This document shows positions 19,385 to 28,439 of a stretch of 64,000 nucleotides of DNA, in pieces (within the stretch, counting starts at the first letter, position 1; each line of letters begins with the position of its first letter). Origin of the DNA: Escherichia phage PP01; the sequence record NC_054930.1. The stretch is one strand, 5' to 3'. A program made the position numbers and the translations under genes. The notes under the pieces were generated by a model, which saw nothing but the letters and a program-made list of their open reading frames with translations, was not told the DNA's origin and did not search any database.

Positions 19385-21481
19385 TTATCCTTGAACGAAC
19401 TTGTAAGGCATGTTTGTAATATCTATGCAAGACGCAATAATTCCAAGAGATGATTCTACTTTCTGTTTAATATTTGATGAAACAAATGATGCAAAGTCAA
19501 CTCTGTCTTCTATTTCAATATCATCTGTCATTGCAACTACTTCGCCGGTTTCCATTAGACGGTCACCGTCATAAATTACTGATTCGGTGAGTTCTTCCGT
19601 AGTCATAACTTCAGCTTGAATGAGTTTTGTATTATTAGATGTTGTTCCGTCATTATTAGAAGCATCAGTTATTTTATTAACTTTGACCATCAATCCGCGT
19701 GGTAGAATAACTTCAGCTTCTGTTGCTATTCCGAGACTTCCTGGATATACAACATTAACTTTATGAGCTCCATCAATTGCCCATCCTATTTGAACTTTAA
19801 CGTATTCAGGATTTTCTTTATACGCTCTTATTTCGTTTGGATTGATAGTTATTCCTTCTTCATTTTTATCAACTGTTAATTCATTACGAGCTTCTGGTTC
19901 TAAAAGACCTATACCAGCATGTGTAATTCCAAAACGTCCAAAAATGATAGGAGTTAAAGAAGTAGATACAAAATTTCTGAAATAGAACACTTTATTTTTA
20001 ACTAGTGCTTCGTATATAGGAGCAGTCATGCTTTGAGCACGATAAACTGTAATGCCTTCTGGTATACGGTCACCATTTTCAAAAGCTGAATCTAAATTAT
20101 TTATCGCAGATTCAATTTCTTTTTCACTCATTACATCATATCGTTCTGGATTGTAGCGGCCTAAAAGAAGATTATTGATGTCAGTATATCCTGATCCACA
20201 ATACTCTCTAATGCCGCGCTTTTGCGATGGAGTATATTTAGAACCATCACGTGCAATGGTAATATCAATCATTGGACCTGCACCAATTCCAGAAAAGCTA
20301 TAAATCATTCGTTTGAGGAATTTAGTTTTTGCTGCGTTCCAGGAATTTTTAGTTATTTCTTCCCAGACTTCATCTGGCTGCCCTTTACGAGTTTTATTAT
20401 GTTTATCAAGCCAATTATCTTTATATTCTTCAAAGAATTGATTAACAGCTGCTGCGTATTTCTCTAAACATTTTATTGAAGTAGTTGGTTCATTTTTAAT
20501 CGCATTAAGAATTACATCTTTAATTTTTTCAGAAACTTCATTAACCTCACTTTTTGAAAAGAATTTATAATCATAGTGAAGTTCATCTGCAGTTCCTTCA
20601 GCAATAATTTTTGCTGCCTTAGTTTTAGAAGCTAATGAATTAATTCCAAGTTTCATTTCTTCTGCTTCAGGAATTAAAGGAGCTGTAGCAGGTTTATTGA
20701 AATTAGCTGCGGTAGATTCATACTTCTGGAATAATTCACTTTCAAATCTAGAAGATTCTAATGATTGACTTTGCGCAATTGCTCTACGGGAAATTTTAAC
20801 TTTAACGATTACAGCTTGGTCAGAACGTTTATCATTTTCTTGTGCAATAGAAGCAGCAATTGCCTCATTTTTAGTTACTTGAGCTCCAGTATCTTTATTA
20901 ATATAAACATCGCCGACTTTCGATTCAACTTTAGTAAAGAGCTCGGTACTAATTTCCGGAACTCCTGGAATGTCTTCTAGTGATACATTTTTGCGATGTA
21001 TAAGAATATATGCATACTTTTTATCATAATCCCAGAGTTCCTTAAGAAGGACGTATCTGCCACCTGAACGACTACGGATAAGTCTATCAGCAATAACTTG
21101 AATTTGTCGAGCTTGACCAGCAGTTTTAGACTTAAGAATACGAAGCATGCAGGCATCAATTTTATACTGACGCATTGTTTGCATTGCAATAGTAAAAACT
21201 GAATTGATATAATTAATTGGGCTTGGACCGAGACCTTTTAATTTAGCAATTGAACCTTTAGCAGTTAATGTAAAAGGAACAATATGCATCATTTTATCGC
21301 CCATTTTTAAATCGCGATTAGTATCACCTCCAGATGTATAGGTACATAAACGAAAGCCTGGTTGTTCAATTGCGTCATCAACGTGAACTGAAAAAATTTG
21401 TGGTATTTTCTTCTTTGGATTTAAGTTTGTAATCGGAAGAGTAGTATCTTCGTCAAATAATTCTGTAATAAGTTCCATCAT
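19385..21481 (-). CDS. alt: Alt mono-ADP-ribosyltransferase (copy adjacent to gene 30)
   Basis: 698 aa; N-terminus MMELITELFD; motifs VYRAQ, FVSTSL, EAEVILPRG; late promoter upstream. Confidence 0.8.
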   Translation of the reverse strand: MMELITELFDEDTTLPITNLNPKKKIPQIFSVHVDDAIEQPGFRLCTYTSGGDTNRDLKMGDKMMHIVPFTLTAKGSIAKLKGLGPSPINYINSVFTIAMQTMRQYKIDACMLRILKSKTAGQARQIQVIADRLIRSRSGGRYVLLKELWDYDKKYAYILIHRKNVSLEDIPGVPEISTELFTKVESKVGDVYINKDTGAQVTKNEAIAASIAQENDKRSDQAVIVKVKISRRAIAQSQSLESSRFESELFQKYESTAANFNKPATAPLIPEAEEMKLGINSLASKTKAAKIIAEGTADELHYDYKFFSKSEVNEVSEKIKDVILNAIKNEPTTSIKCLEKYAAAVNQFFEEYKDNWLDKHNKTRKGQPDEVWEEITKNSWNAAKTKFLKRMIYSFSGIGAGPMIDITIARDGSKYTPSQKRGIREYCGSGYTDINNLLLGRYNPERYDVMSEKEIESAINNLDSAFENGDRIPEGITVYRAQSMTAPIYEALVKNKVFYFRNFVSTSLTPIIFGRFGITHAGIGLLEPEARNELTVDKNEEGITINPNEIRAYKENPEYVKVQIGWAIDGAHKVNVVYPGSLGIATEAEVILPRGLMVKVNKITDASNNDGTTSNNTKLIQAEVMTTEELTESVIYDGDRLMETGEVVAMTDDIEIEDRVDFASFVSSNIKQKVESSLGIIASCIDITNMPYKFVQG

Positions 21482-21502
21482 ATCCTCTCTAGTGTTTATT
21501 CT

Positions 21503-21510
21503 ATTTATAA
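21503..21510 (-). promoter_or_regulatory. Late promoter (TATAAATA on minus strand) for alt
   Basis: Plus strand TATTTATA; about 22 nt upstream of the alt ATG. Confidence 0.55.
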
Positions 21511-21532
21511 AATTAAAGGCCCGAAGGCCTTT
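21511..21532 (-). terminator. Terminator hairpin between gene 30 cluster and alt
   Basis: AAAGGCC-TTCG-GGCCTTT hairpin followed by A/U-rich run on minus strand. Confidence 0.5.
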
Positions 21533-21719
21533 AATAATCTAGTGGTAAGAGAGTACGGTATATTTCAAACTTTGGCCCTTTTTCATAGGCATCAAATGTT
21601 TCTGTAAATTTATTATAAGCATACGCATCTACAAATTCGAGAATGACTTGCGATACCGAAGTAGAAACATCTCCACCTTCTTTTTGAGCTATAACAATTG
21701 TTTCTAAGTAAGCTTTCAT
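21531..21719 (-). CDS. Hypothetical protein
   Basis: 62-aa ORF; ATGA overlap with the gene 30 stop. Confidence 0.5.
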   Translation of the reverse strand: MKAYLETIVIAQKEGGDVSTSVSQVILEFVDAYAYNKFTETFDAYEKGPKFEIYRTLLPLDY

Positions 21720-23176
21720 AGACCAGTTACCTCATGAAAATCACCAAATACATCCTCGAATGTATTAGCTTTAGTTTTATCTTCACGTAAACGAATCGCA
21801 ATCGGAAGAAATAATTTAACGTAATCAGTGCGGCCATCAGATTTTAACCAACCATTGCATTCGCACTCTAGAATTTTTCCAATATAATAATTTTGGTTTT
21901 CCATAATGCGAGTACGGTCAAGTTCATGTGATTTTACACCGGCTTTATCTTTTAAGCCTGAACCTGCATTTACTTTAATTTTTCCACACTCTGATTCAAG
22001 AATAAATCCACCCGCTTTAGTAGGGTCTTTACGGTGAGGATAAATTCCTACAATTTTTAAATCAACATCAATTACTTCTTTAAATTTATAGAGATTTTTT
22101 GAACGAGCATTTTCCCACAATCCATCGGTATTTTTGAGAATAATACCTTCAAGACCTTGGTCAATATATTTTTTATAAATTACCTTAGCTTCATCTAGGT
22201 TATTTACTACCTGGTTTTCAATTAAAATTACTTTATCATATCCTGATGCCATTTGTTCTAGTTTAGAAAAACGTACATCATATTTTAAACGAAACGCCGG
22301 AAGACCGTATATTTCTACCAACGGAACATAATCCCAGACCTGAAACTTCATGCATTTGGCTTCTTTTTCTGAAATAGTTCCCTTTAAAGATTTATTGGCG
22401 ATTCCATTAGAAGCAGTACGAGATTCAGCTACTTCGGCAAACTCTTTAGCTTTACTGATTTCAGGAGCATCAAAAAGAAAATCTAGGCCTTCTGGTTCCT
22501 TTTCAACTTGCTCATGGTATACCAATTCGCCATCAATTAACACACCTTCTGGATGAATCTGGCGGGCTTCAGCAGTCATTTTGATTAACTCTTCCTTAAG
22601 AAGATCTAATCCTAAATATTCATTACCAGCTCGCGATAAAAGACGAACATCATCTAATTCATCGCCTCGGACTTCAGCAAAACACCGAGCTCCATCAGCT
22701 TTTAACTGTGCAAAAGCTGGAAACTTGATATTCTTACTAATGCCTTTTTCATCATAAGAACTTGCAAGCATTTGAGGTTGTTCAGGAATTAAACCTGGCC
22801 AAACTTTGTTTGCAATAGATACTGAAGCACCGCATTCAAGGTCTCGCATCATAACTCGACGCAAAACTTCAACATCATCCTTTTTACCATCGGTGATATA
22901 TCCAGTTAATTCCTCAATTGCTGCATTGCCAGTTAATTTCCGAGTAGCTAACGTGAATTCAATGAAGTCAAGCATATCGGTAATAGTCAACATTCCAAAA
23001 CTCTGGGTAGCAATACCAGGTTTAGGCCATTTCTTGATATAATATTGTAACCCACGAGAATAAGTCAGACGATATACTCGTTTAAGCAATTCATTATCTT
23101 TATTCTTTTCAAGAATTGCTTGCTTCTGTTTAGTTGATCCAATAGATGCTATTTCATTCAGAATTTTAAGAATCAT
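21716..23176 (-). CDS. 30: ATP-dependent DNA ligase gp30
   Basis: 486 aa; adenylation motif LKADGAR (KxDG); synteny. Confidence 0.9.
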   Translation of the reverse strand: MILKILNEIASIGSTKQKQAILEKNKDNELLKRVYRLTYSRGLQYYIKKWPKPGIATQSFGMLTITDMLDFIEFTLATRKLTGNAAIEELTGYITDGKKDDVEVLRRVMMRDLECGASVSIANKVWPGLIPEQPQMLASSYDEKGISKNIKFPAFAQLKADGARCFAEVRGDELDDVRLLSRAGNEYLGLDLLKEELIKMTAEARQIHPEGVLIDGELVYHEQVEKEPEGLDFLFDAPEISKAKEFAEVAESRTASNGIANKSLKGTISEKEAKCMKFQVWDYVPLVEIYGLPAFRLKYDVRFSKLEQMASGYDKVILIENQVVNNLDEAKVIYKKYIDQGLEGIILKNTDGLWENARSKNLYKFKEVIDVDLKIVGIYPHRKDPTKAGGFILESECGKIKVNAGSGLKDKAGVKSHELDRTRIMENQNYYIGKILECECNGWLKSDGRTDYVKLFLPIAIRLREDKTKANTFEDVFGDFHEVTGL

Positions 23177-23442
23177 TGCTCATCCTTCAAGGTTTGGTTT
23201 ACAGCTCTATTATAAATCAATTCATCATTAAGCTCAGGCAAAGACTTATGATATGTAGTTCTAACTTTATTTCCTTGCATCCAGTGCTTGACGTAAATGA
23301 AACCTTGCTCTACACATTTTTTAAAAATTCGTTCGTCTTTTTGAGCTCGGAATTCTGGATTGCATCTAAAAAATTGATTTACGTGACCGTAATCACGTGT
23401 AGTATTACCTTCATTTTCATAAATAGTGTGAACGACAAACAT
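23173..23442 (-). CDS. Hypothetical protein (30.1-like)
   Basis: 89-aa ORF overlapping the gene 30 start codon. Confidence 0.5.
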   Translation of the reverse strand: MFVVHTIYENEGNTTRDYGHVNQFFRCNPEFRAQKDERIFKKCVEQGFIYVKHWMQGNKVRTTYHKSLPELNDELIYNRAVNQTLKDEQ

Positions 23443-24281
23443 TAGAATGCTCCTTGAAAAATATTATCACCACTAGTAGGTCTATTATACAAATACTCTA
23501 TGCCACCAGGTTTAATATAGTTCCATGTCTGAAACGGATGTGTCTGATATGGATGATATGGATGATTATAAGGATTAAATCCAGGCGTTCTCCAGGTAGT
23601 GTTCCAAGGAAAAGAATCGTTTTTAACCATCTTCTCAATTACATCTTTTATAGCTTTTTCACTATCAAAACTTTCTTTATTTTCCTTTGGTGAAAAAAGC
23701 TTATTTTCTACATCATTCCATGTATAAACTCGCTGCGCAGTTTTTGGAATATTGTCACGCTCTCCTCGAGCCATCCAATAAACTGGAACATTTAATATTT
23801 CACTCGCATGATCGCAGTGATGAGCGAGATCGTCAATATAACAAATTACGTTATATTTCTCTTTTGCCTTTTTGAACAGCTCTTCTTTTGAAGAATCATG
23901 ACCACACATCATTACTTCTGAGAAGGCACCGGGAAAAAGAGCATTCAAATTAAATTGACGATTCAACAGAGCGTCAATAGAATCACCCAATGCTGTAACA
24001 GCTACAAAATTATAATCTTCCTTTAATTTGTTAATTACACACAGGGCATCTTTATACGGAGACAAGTAACGAATAAAATCTGAACGATTGTATTTTTCAA
24101 TTAACTTGACGCCAAGTTCTTCGTCACAATTAAAGAGTTTACCTGGAGAAATAAATTTCTCATCTTGGATCATTTTTAAAATATGTTCTAATGGAAGATT
24201 ATATTTCTGAGCAAAATAAGGAAGGCCTGATTGCCAGCTTAAACATACTCCATCAATATCAGTCAAAATAGTTGGCTTCAT
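23442..24281 (-). CDS. HAD-superfamily phosphatase, 5'(3')-deoxyribonucleotidase-like (30.2-like)
   Basis: N-terminal ILTDIDGV motif (DxDGV); aromatic/proline-rich C-terminal tail. Confidence 0.55.
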   Translation of the reverse strand: MKPTILTDIDGVCLSWQSGLPYFAQKYNLPLEHILKMIQDEKFISPGKLFNCDEELGVKLIEKYNRSDFIRYLSPYKDALCVINKLKEDYNFVAVTALGDSIDALLNRQFNLNALFPGAFSEVMMCGHDSSKEELFKKAKEKYNVICYIDDLAHHCDHASEILNVPVYWMARGERDNIPKTAQRVYTWNDVENKLFSPKENKESFDSEKAIKDVIEKMVKNDSFPWNTTWRTPGFNPYNHPYHPYQTHPFQTWNYIKPGGIEYLYNRPTSGDNIFQGAF

Positions 24282-24736
24282 AGAGAGTCTCTTAATAGAT
24301 TTAACACATCAATAAATTCAGCTTCGGTTAGTATTGTATCATCTTTTGTTAGACCACTAGCCATGCTGTGCTTCAAAACTTTTCCTTTCGAGGCTTGTAA
24401 TGCATCACGAAAGCCCCTGTTTTGGATCGCTGCTTCAAAATATGCATTTGTGTATAATTCTTTCCACGCTGGAGAGTATCTTGAAAACGGAACTCCAAGC
24501 CAGAACAACGTGCCACGGTCCTGAGCTCTAGCATAAGCTCGTCCAGCTTTTTGCGCGTCCAACCCAGACATCCCAAATATACGACGTTGTTGTTCAACAT
24601 TTTTCACCTTACATCCCTGGAGAAATCCTTCGAGACCTCCAAATTGGATACCATTCATAACGAAAGGCCATTGGGCGAAATTGCTTAATGCACATGATGG
24701 CCATCTAAAATTGCTTCTAATCTCTAACTCAGACAT
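24278..24736 (-). CDS. NADAR/YbiA-like domain protein (30.3-like)
   Basis: Motif LSNFAQWPF...GIQFGGLEGFLQ matches the YbiA/NADAR signature FSNFxxWP...EHYFQ. Confidence 0.6.
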   Translation of the reverse strand: MSELEIRSNFRWPSCALSNFAQWPFVMNGIQFGGLEGFLQGCKVKNVEQQRRIFGMSGLDAQKAGRAYARAQDRGTLFWLGVPFSRYSPAWKELYTNAYFEAAIQNRGFRDALQASKGKVLKHSMASGLTKDDTILTEAEFIDVLNLLRDSL

Positions 24737-24944
24737 CTTTAATACTTATAATTTCAATATCAGCCCAATGACCGTAACCTGGTAGACGGTCCTCAATGGA
24801 TAATCCGCCATCATATTTAAGCATTTTAATTGTCATAATATATGGCTCTAAATGGTCTTCTGTGAGAGGAGAAACGTCAGTCACACGATAAGTAACTTCA
24901 ACCATTTCCGTACCTAATAATTTCTGAATTAATTTCTTAAACAT
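24729..24944 (-). CDS. Hypothetical protein
   Basis: 71-aa ORF, ATG start, operon-packed. Confidence 0.45.
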   Translation of the reverse strand: MFKKLIQKLLGTEMVEVTYRVTDVSPLTEDHLEPYIMTIKMLKYDGGLSIEDRLPGYGHWADIEIISIKDV

Positions 24945-24948
24945 TTTA

Positions 24949-25236
24949 TTAGAACCTCATCTGAAAACCATGCGATTTAACATTACCGCCGCCAATATCA
25001 GAAATGTTAATTTCACGCGCAATTGAAGGGTCAATATCAATTTCACGATTGAGTTTAGTAATAGCTAAAGTATCACGGCCATTTACAGTACGGAACTCTA
25101 AAGGGCAGACTACATTAACGTAGTTTTTAATCGATTCACTGGTAGGTTGCAAATGAGCAGGAAGGTCTTTAGGCGCCTTAGAGAAAACTACTTCACAGAA
25201 ATTTTTGCGGGTATCAAAATAAGTAGTCATAAACAT
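24949..25236 (-). CDS. Hypothetical protein
   Basis: 95-aa ORF, ATG start with GAGGAAAAT SD. Confidence 0.5.
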   Translation of the reverse strand: MFMTTYFDTRKNFCEVVFSKAPKDLPAHLQPTSESIKNYVNVVCPLEFRTVNGRDTLAITKLNREIDIDPSIAREINISDIGGGNVKSHGFQMRF

Positions 25237-25277
25237 AGTATTTTCCTCAGTAAGGGGCCGAAGCCCCTCATTTTATT

Positions 25278-25643
25278 TTAAATGTCAAATTCGTTAAGAA
25301 CTACATCAAAGATTGCTTCAAGATGCTCAGGTTTAGCTCTGTTACTCAGAATATGACGAATCCAAGTTTTAACCAGAAGCTTGCGATTAACGCCATTCCA
25401 ACAAGGATGAGTACCTAAATCACGTTGACGGAAATCATCATCTAATGCGATTTTAAAGGAAGAACCTTCTTTCGTGATTGAAACCGTGATGCCATTTTCA
25501 AATCGCATATAAACGTAGTTAGGAGTCATATACTGTTCAATTTCGCATACTGATCCATTTTGATGTTTCCAAAGGCAAATAGTATCAATAGAACCTGCAA
25601 TACCGTTAGAAACATATTTACGTTCAAAGTTGATGTAGTTCAT
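25278..25643 (-). CDS. Hypothetical protein
   Basis: 121 aa from ATG 25643 (SD GGAGAATAAA); the track start at 25655 is a TTG. Confidence 0.5.
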   Translation of the reverse strand: MNYINFERKYVSNGIAGSIDTICLWKHQNGSVCEIEQYMTPNYVYMRFENGITVSITKEGSSFKIALDDDFRQRDLGTHPCWNGVNRKLLVKTWIRHILSNRAKPEHLEAIFDVVLNEFDI

Positions 25644-25679
25644 TTTATTCTCCAAGATGTTTAATTGCGGTACAGGTAT

Positions 25680-25707
25680 ATAATATCATATCCTGTACCA
25701 AAGTAAA
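25680..25707 (-). promoter_or_regulatory. Early promoter
   Basis: Minus strand GTTTACT-N16-TATTAT; -10 lies inside inverted repeat GGTACAGG...CCTGTACC. Confidence 0.45.
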
Positions 25708-25710
25708 CAA

Positions 25711-26043
25711 TTATTTTACTAATTTCCAATGCTTCATGTCAAGTTTGCCAACTTTTTTCATCTTCTCAATTAAGCGTTCGGCACGTTGGCGAGCTGTAAC
25801 ATAATACCATTCACCTAATTCATTTTGTTCAATTTTTCCAACGATTACTGTATTCAATTCATAAATCCAACCAGTAAAGAAATTATGAACTTGAATTGTA
25901 AAGGTGAAATCTGTTCCCATACCTTCTGTTGTTTCTACTTCAACAATATCACCTTCAACTGCCATTAAGAACCACATAGTTTCATCATATTTACCATTGA
26001 AGCATTTAGTTTTAACCGCAGCGTTCAGATTAATCGTTTTCAT
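25711..26043 (-). CDS. Hypothetical protein
   Basis: 110-aa ORF with ATG and GGAGAATAAA SD. Confidence 0.5.
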   Translation of the reverse strand: MKTINLNAAVKTKCFNGKYDETMWFLMAVEGDIVEVETTEGMGTDFTFTIQVHNFFTGWIYELNTVIVGKIEQNELGEWYYVTARQRAERLIEKMKKVGKLDMKHWKLVK

Positions 26044-26070
26044 TTTATTCTCCTTTGTTTGTGTAAGATA

Positions 26071-26099
26071 ATACTATCACAAAGGAACCATACTGTAAA
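26071..26099 (-). promoter_or_regulatory. Early promoter
   Basis: Minus strand GTTTACA-N17-TAGTAT upstream of the ORF starting at 26043. Confidence 0.5.
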
Positions 26100-26127
26100 C
26101 AACTTTGTGCAATCTTTGGAAAATAAA

Positions 26128-26147
26128 AAAGGACTCCCGAAGGAGTC
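26128..26147 (-). terminator. Intrinsic terminator
   Basis: GGACTCC-TTCG-GGAGTCC hairpin followed by TTTTTTATTTT on minus strand. Confidence 0.65.
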
Positions 26148-26153
26148 CTCAAC

Positions 26154-26372
26154 TTATGCTTTCTGCTTACCAAAACGAGAAGCATCATCTCGAAGAACCG
26201 CACGTGCTCGACGCATGATCTTCTCAACAGTTTGATTGATACGAGAGTTCGACGCACGCTTGTAACCAGCGCGTTTAGAATCACCAACTTTCTTTTCAAC
26301 TGCTTTCTTTGCTTTAGCTTGTTTTGCCATTGTAAATTCTCTTTTAAATGAAAATGCAGGACTTATTGGCAT
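26154..26372 (-). CDS. Small basic protein (30.9-like position)
   Basis: Lys/Arg-rich ORF; alternative ATG at 26330 would give 58 aa (MAKQAKAKK...). Confidence 0.45.
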   Translation of the reverse strand: MPISPAFSFKREFTMAKQAKAKKAVEKKVGDSKRAGYKRASNSRINQTVEKIMRRARAVLRDDASRFGKQKA

Positions 26373-26524
26373 TGCCTGCGCAAGCCCTCAAGGGGAACAT
26401 AGGTTTTGTATATTTACCGACAGGATAACCATAAACCTCGTCAACATTCAAGAGGTACACCGTAAAACAAAGTTCGACGGCTCCTCGATTTTAGCTCACA
26501 CTAAGGCAGTGAATCTCCAATAAA

Positions 26525-26773
26525 TTACTTCAGTGTTACCACAAAGTGACGAACTGCTTTTCGTGCAGCAGAAGCCAGAGGCTTAGCATACTTAAGTTCA
26601 TCTTTTTCCTGGAGCTCAGCAGCTAATGCGGTTTGAGCAGGATTCAGATGTTTGAAATAACGCAGGATTTCAAGAGCTTCGGCTTCAACATCAATAGATG
26701 CGCCATAGTTTTCGTGACCATTATTCCATGCGTTTCGTTGCAGTTCAAGAGCGTGTTGTAATTGTTTAATCAT
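26525..26773 (-). CDS. rIII: rIII lysis-inhibition accessory protein
   Basis: 82 aa as in T4 rIII; synteny between gene 31 and the gene 30 cluster. Confidence 0.75.
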   Translation of the reverse strand: MIKQLQHALELQRNAWNNGHENYGASIDVEAEALEILRYFKHLNPAQTALAAELQEKDELKYAKPLASAARKAVRHFVVTLK

Positions 26774-26920
26774 TTAAAAATTCTCGTTAGAGATTAAAAC
26801 TCGGTAGTCACGTTCTTCTGAATTTCATCTTCTTTCGACAGATCTCTCAGTTGTAGACTACCACGTAGAATTGTTCGGTTAACTTATTATTCCGACACCC
26901 AATTCATATTATTATTTATA

Positions 26921-27256
26921 TCACTTATAAAGACACGGAATAGCTTTATAGTGACAAGTAACGAATTTTTGTTTAATTTCTTTTGGCTGCTTAAGACCCA
27001 GAGCTACAAAAGGATGCGGAACGTTTCGAATTTGACCAACTGGAAGAGAAGTCAAATCACCAACTTCGCAGAAACCTTCAGGAACATCAGGACCAACAGA
27101 GTGAACTACACACAGTTCAGGAACTTCACCTTGAACACGTTTACCGATAATGAGTCCTGATTCTGTAACTTCTTCATCACCAGCTTGCGCAGGTTCAGAA
27201 ACTAAAATAACATATTCACCGACAGCACGAATTGGTAGCTGTTGTACTTCAGACAT
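26921..27256 (-). CDS. 31: Co-chaperonin gp31 (GroES-like)
   Basis: 111 aa as in T4 gp31; middle promoter upstream. Confidence 0.85.
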
Positions 27257-27286
27257 CGTTTTTCCTTTTTGTTAACAGATGAATTA

Positions 27287-27314
27287 ATAATAACAAATAA
27301 TTCTTAAAGCATTT
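27287..27314 (-). promoter_or_regulatory. Middle promoter with MotA box for gene 31
   Basis: Minus strand AAATGCTTTA (MotA box) then 12 nt then TATTAT. Confidence 0.5.
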
Positions 27315-27621
27315 ATTTACCAATAAATTGAAGCAAATGCTCAACTTTCATGCCATTAACGGAAATCAATTTGTCAATAGAAAAACCTCGCCATGCACCA
27401 AGCTCAACATCAAATACTGGAACCATATCAGTAGATTCTTTCCGAGTTGATTCAGTCAATTTACCGGTTTGCATGGTTGGCATAAAGTCAGCATCACGAG
27501 TACCTTTCATAGTACGAATAGTACCGTCAGACTTTTCAAAAACCACGTTTGAAATACCCATAGACAATTTAGTTTTCAAAATTTCACGAATTGCTACTTT
27601 TTGTTCAGTCGTCAGTTTCAT
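27313..27621 (-). CDS. Hypothetical protein (31.1-like)
   Basis: 102-aa ORF with ATG start. Confidence 0.5.
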   Translation of the reverse strand: MKLTTEQKVAIREILKTKLSMGISNVVFEKSDGTIRTMKGTRDADFMPTMQTGKLTESTRKESTDMVPVFDVELGAWRGFSIDKLISVNGMKVEHLLQFIGK

Positions 27622-27858
27622 TTATTTACCTATCACAGTTTTAATATGGGTTGTTCCACGTTCTTTAAGAGTGGAAAGCAATTTTTGGCATTTTTCTAAA
27701 TCAGATTTCCAACTATACGGTCTATCAATACAAACCCAGTCTGACTTATAATACTGTTTCCATTTAGAGAAAAAATACTTCTTATACTCTACAGCAAATG
27801 AAATGTTCTCGTTGGAATAAGAACTAATTGCTGTGAGTTGTACCAAACGAAATTTCAT
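27622..27858 (-). CDS. Hypothetical protein (31.2-like)
   Basis: 78-aa ORF with ATG start. Confidence 0.5.
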   Translation of the reverse strand: MKFRLVQLTAISSYSNENISFAVEYKKYFFSKWKQYYKSDWVCIDRPYSWKSDLEKCQKLLSTLKERGTTHIKTVIGK

Positions 27859-28439
27859 TATTCACCACAGAATTCGTTGATATTTTCCCAGTTTAACTTA
27901 TTCAAGTTTTTCTTAGGAACATTAAACACTTCAATACCTGCATTTCGCAGAATATCATCCCAGCCAGGTTTATTTTTATCGTATGTTTCGCAATAAACCA
28001 ACTTTTTAATTCCAGATTGAGCTATCGCTTTTGCACAATCTGGGCAAGGAGAAAGTGTTACATACATAGTAGCACCTTCAATTGAAGAACCATTTCGTGC
28101 AGCAAACAAAATTGCATTTAGTTCAGCATGAATTTCATTTTTAGGCGACCATTCAGAATGAGCGCTGCGGTGTTCTTTCGCCAAGACAAAACGATCAGTT
28201 GAACCAAACGATACACATTCGGGCTTATGACCTTGAATGATAGTATGTTTAGGTTTATTCAACAACCAACCTTGCTCGGCAGCATAATCACAGCAATTCA
28301 CACCGCCTGCAGGCGAACCATTATATCCGGTAGAAATAATACGTCCATTCTTTTCAATTACTGCTCCTACCTTCCAGGAGCAACATTTTGATTCTTGTGA
28401 TACTAAATATGCAATTTGAAGTACTGTACTCGCTTTCAT
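27858..28439 (-). CDS. cd: dCMP deaminase
   Basis: 193 aa; zinc-binding motifs HAELNAI and SPCPDCAKAI. Confidence 0.9.
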   Translation of the reverse strand: MKASTVLQIAYLVSQESKCCSWKVGAVIEKNGRIISTGYNGSPAGGVNCCDYAAEQGWLLNKPKHTIIQGHKPECVSFGSTDRFVLAKEHRSAHSEWSPKNEIHAELNAILFAARNGSSIEGATMYVTLSPCPDCAKAIAQSGIKKLVYCETYDKNKPGWDDILRNAGIEVFNVPKKNLNKLNWENINEFCGE

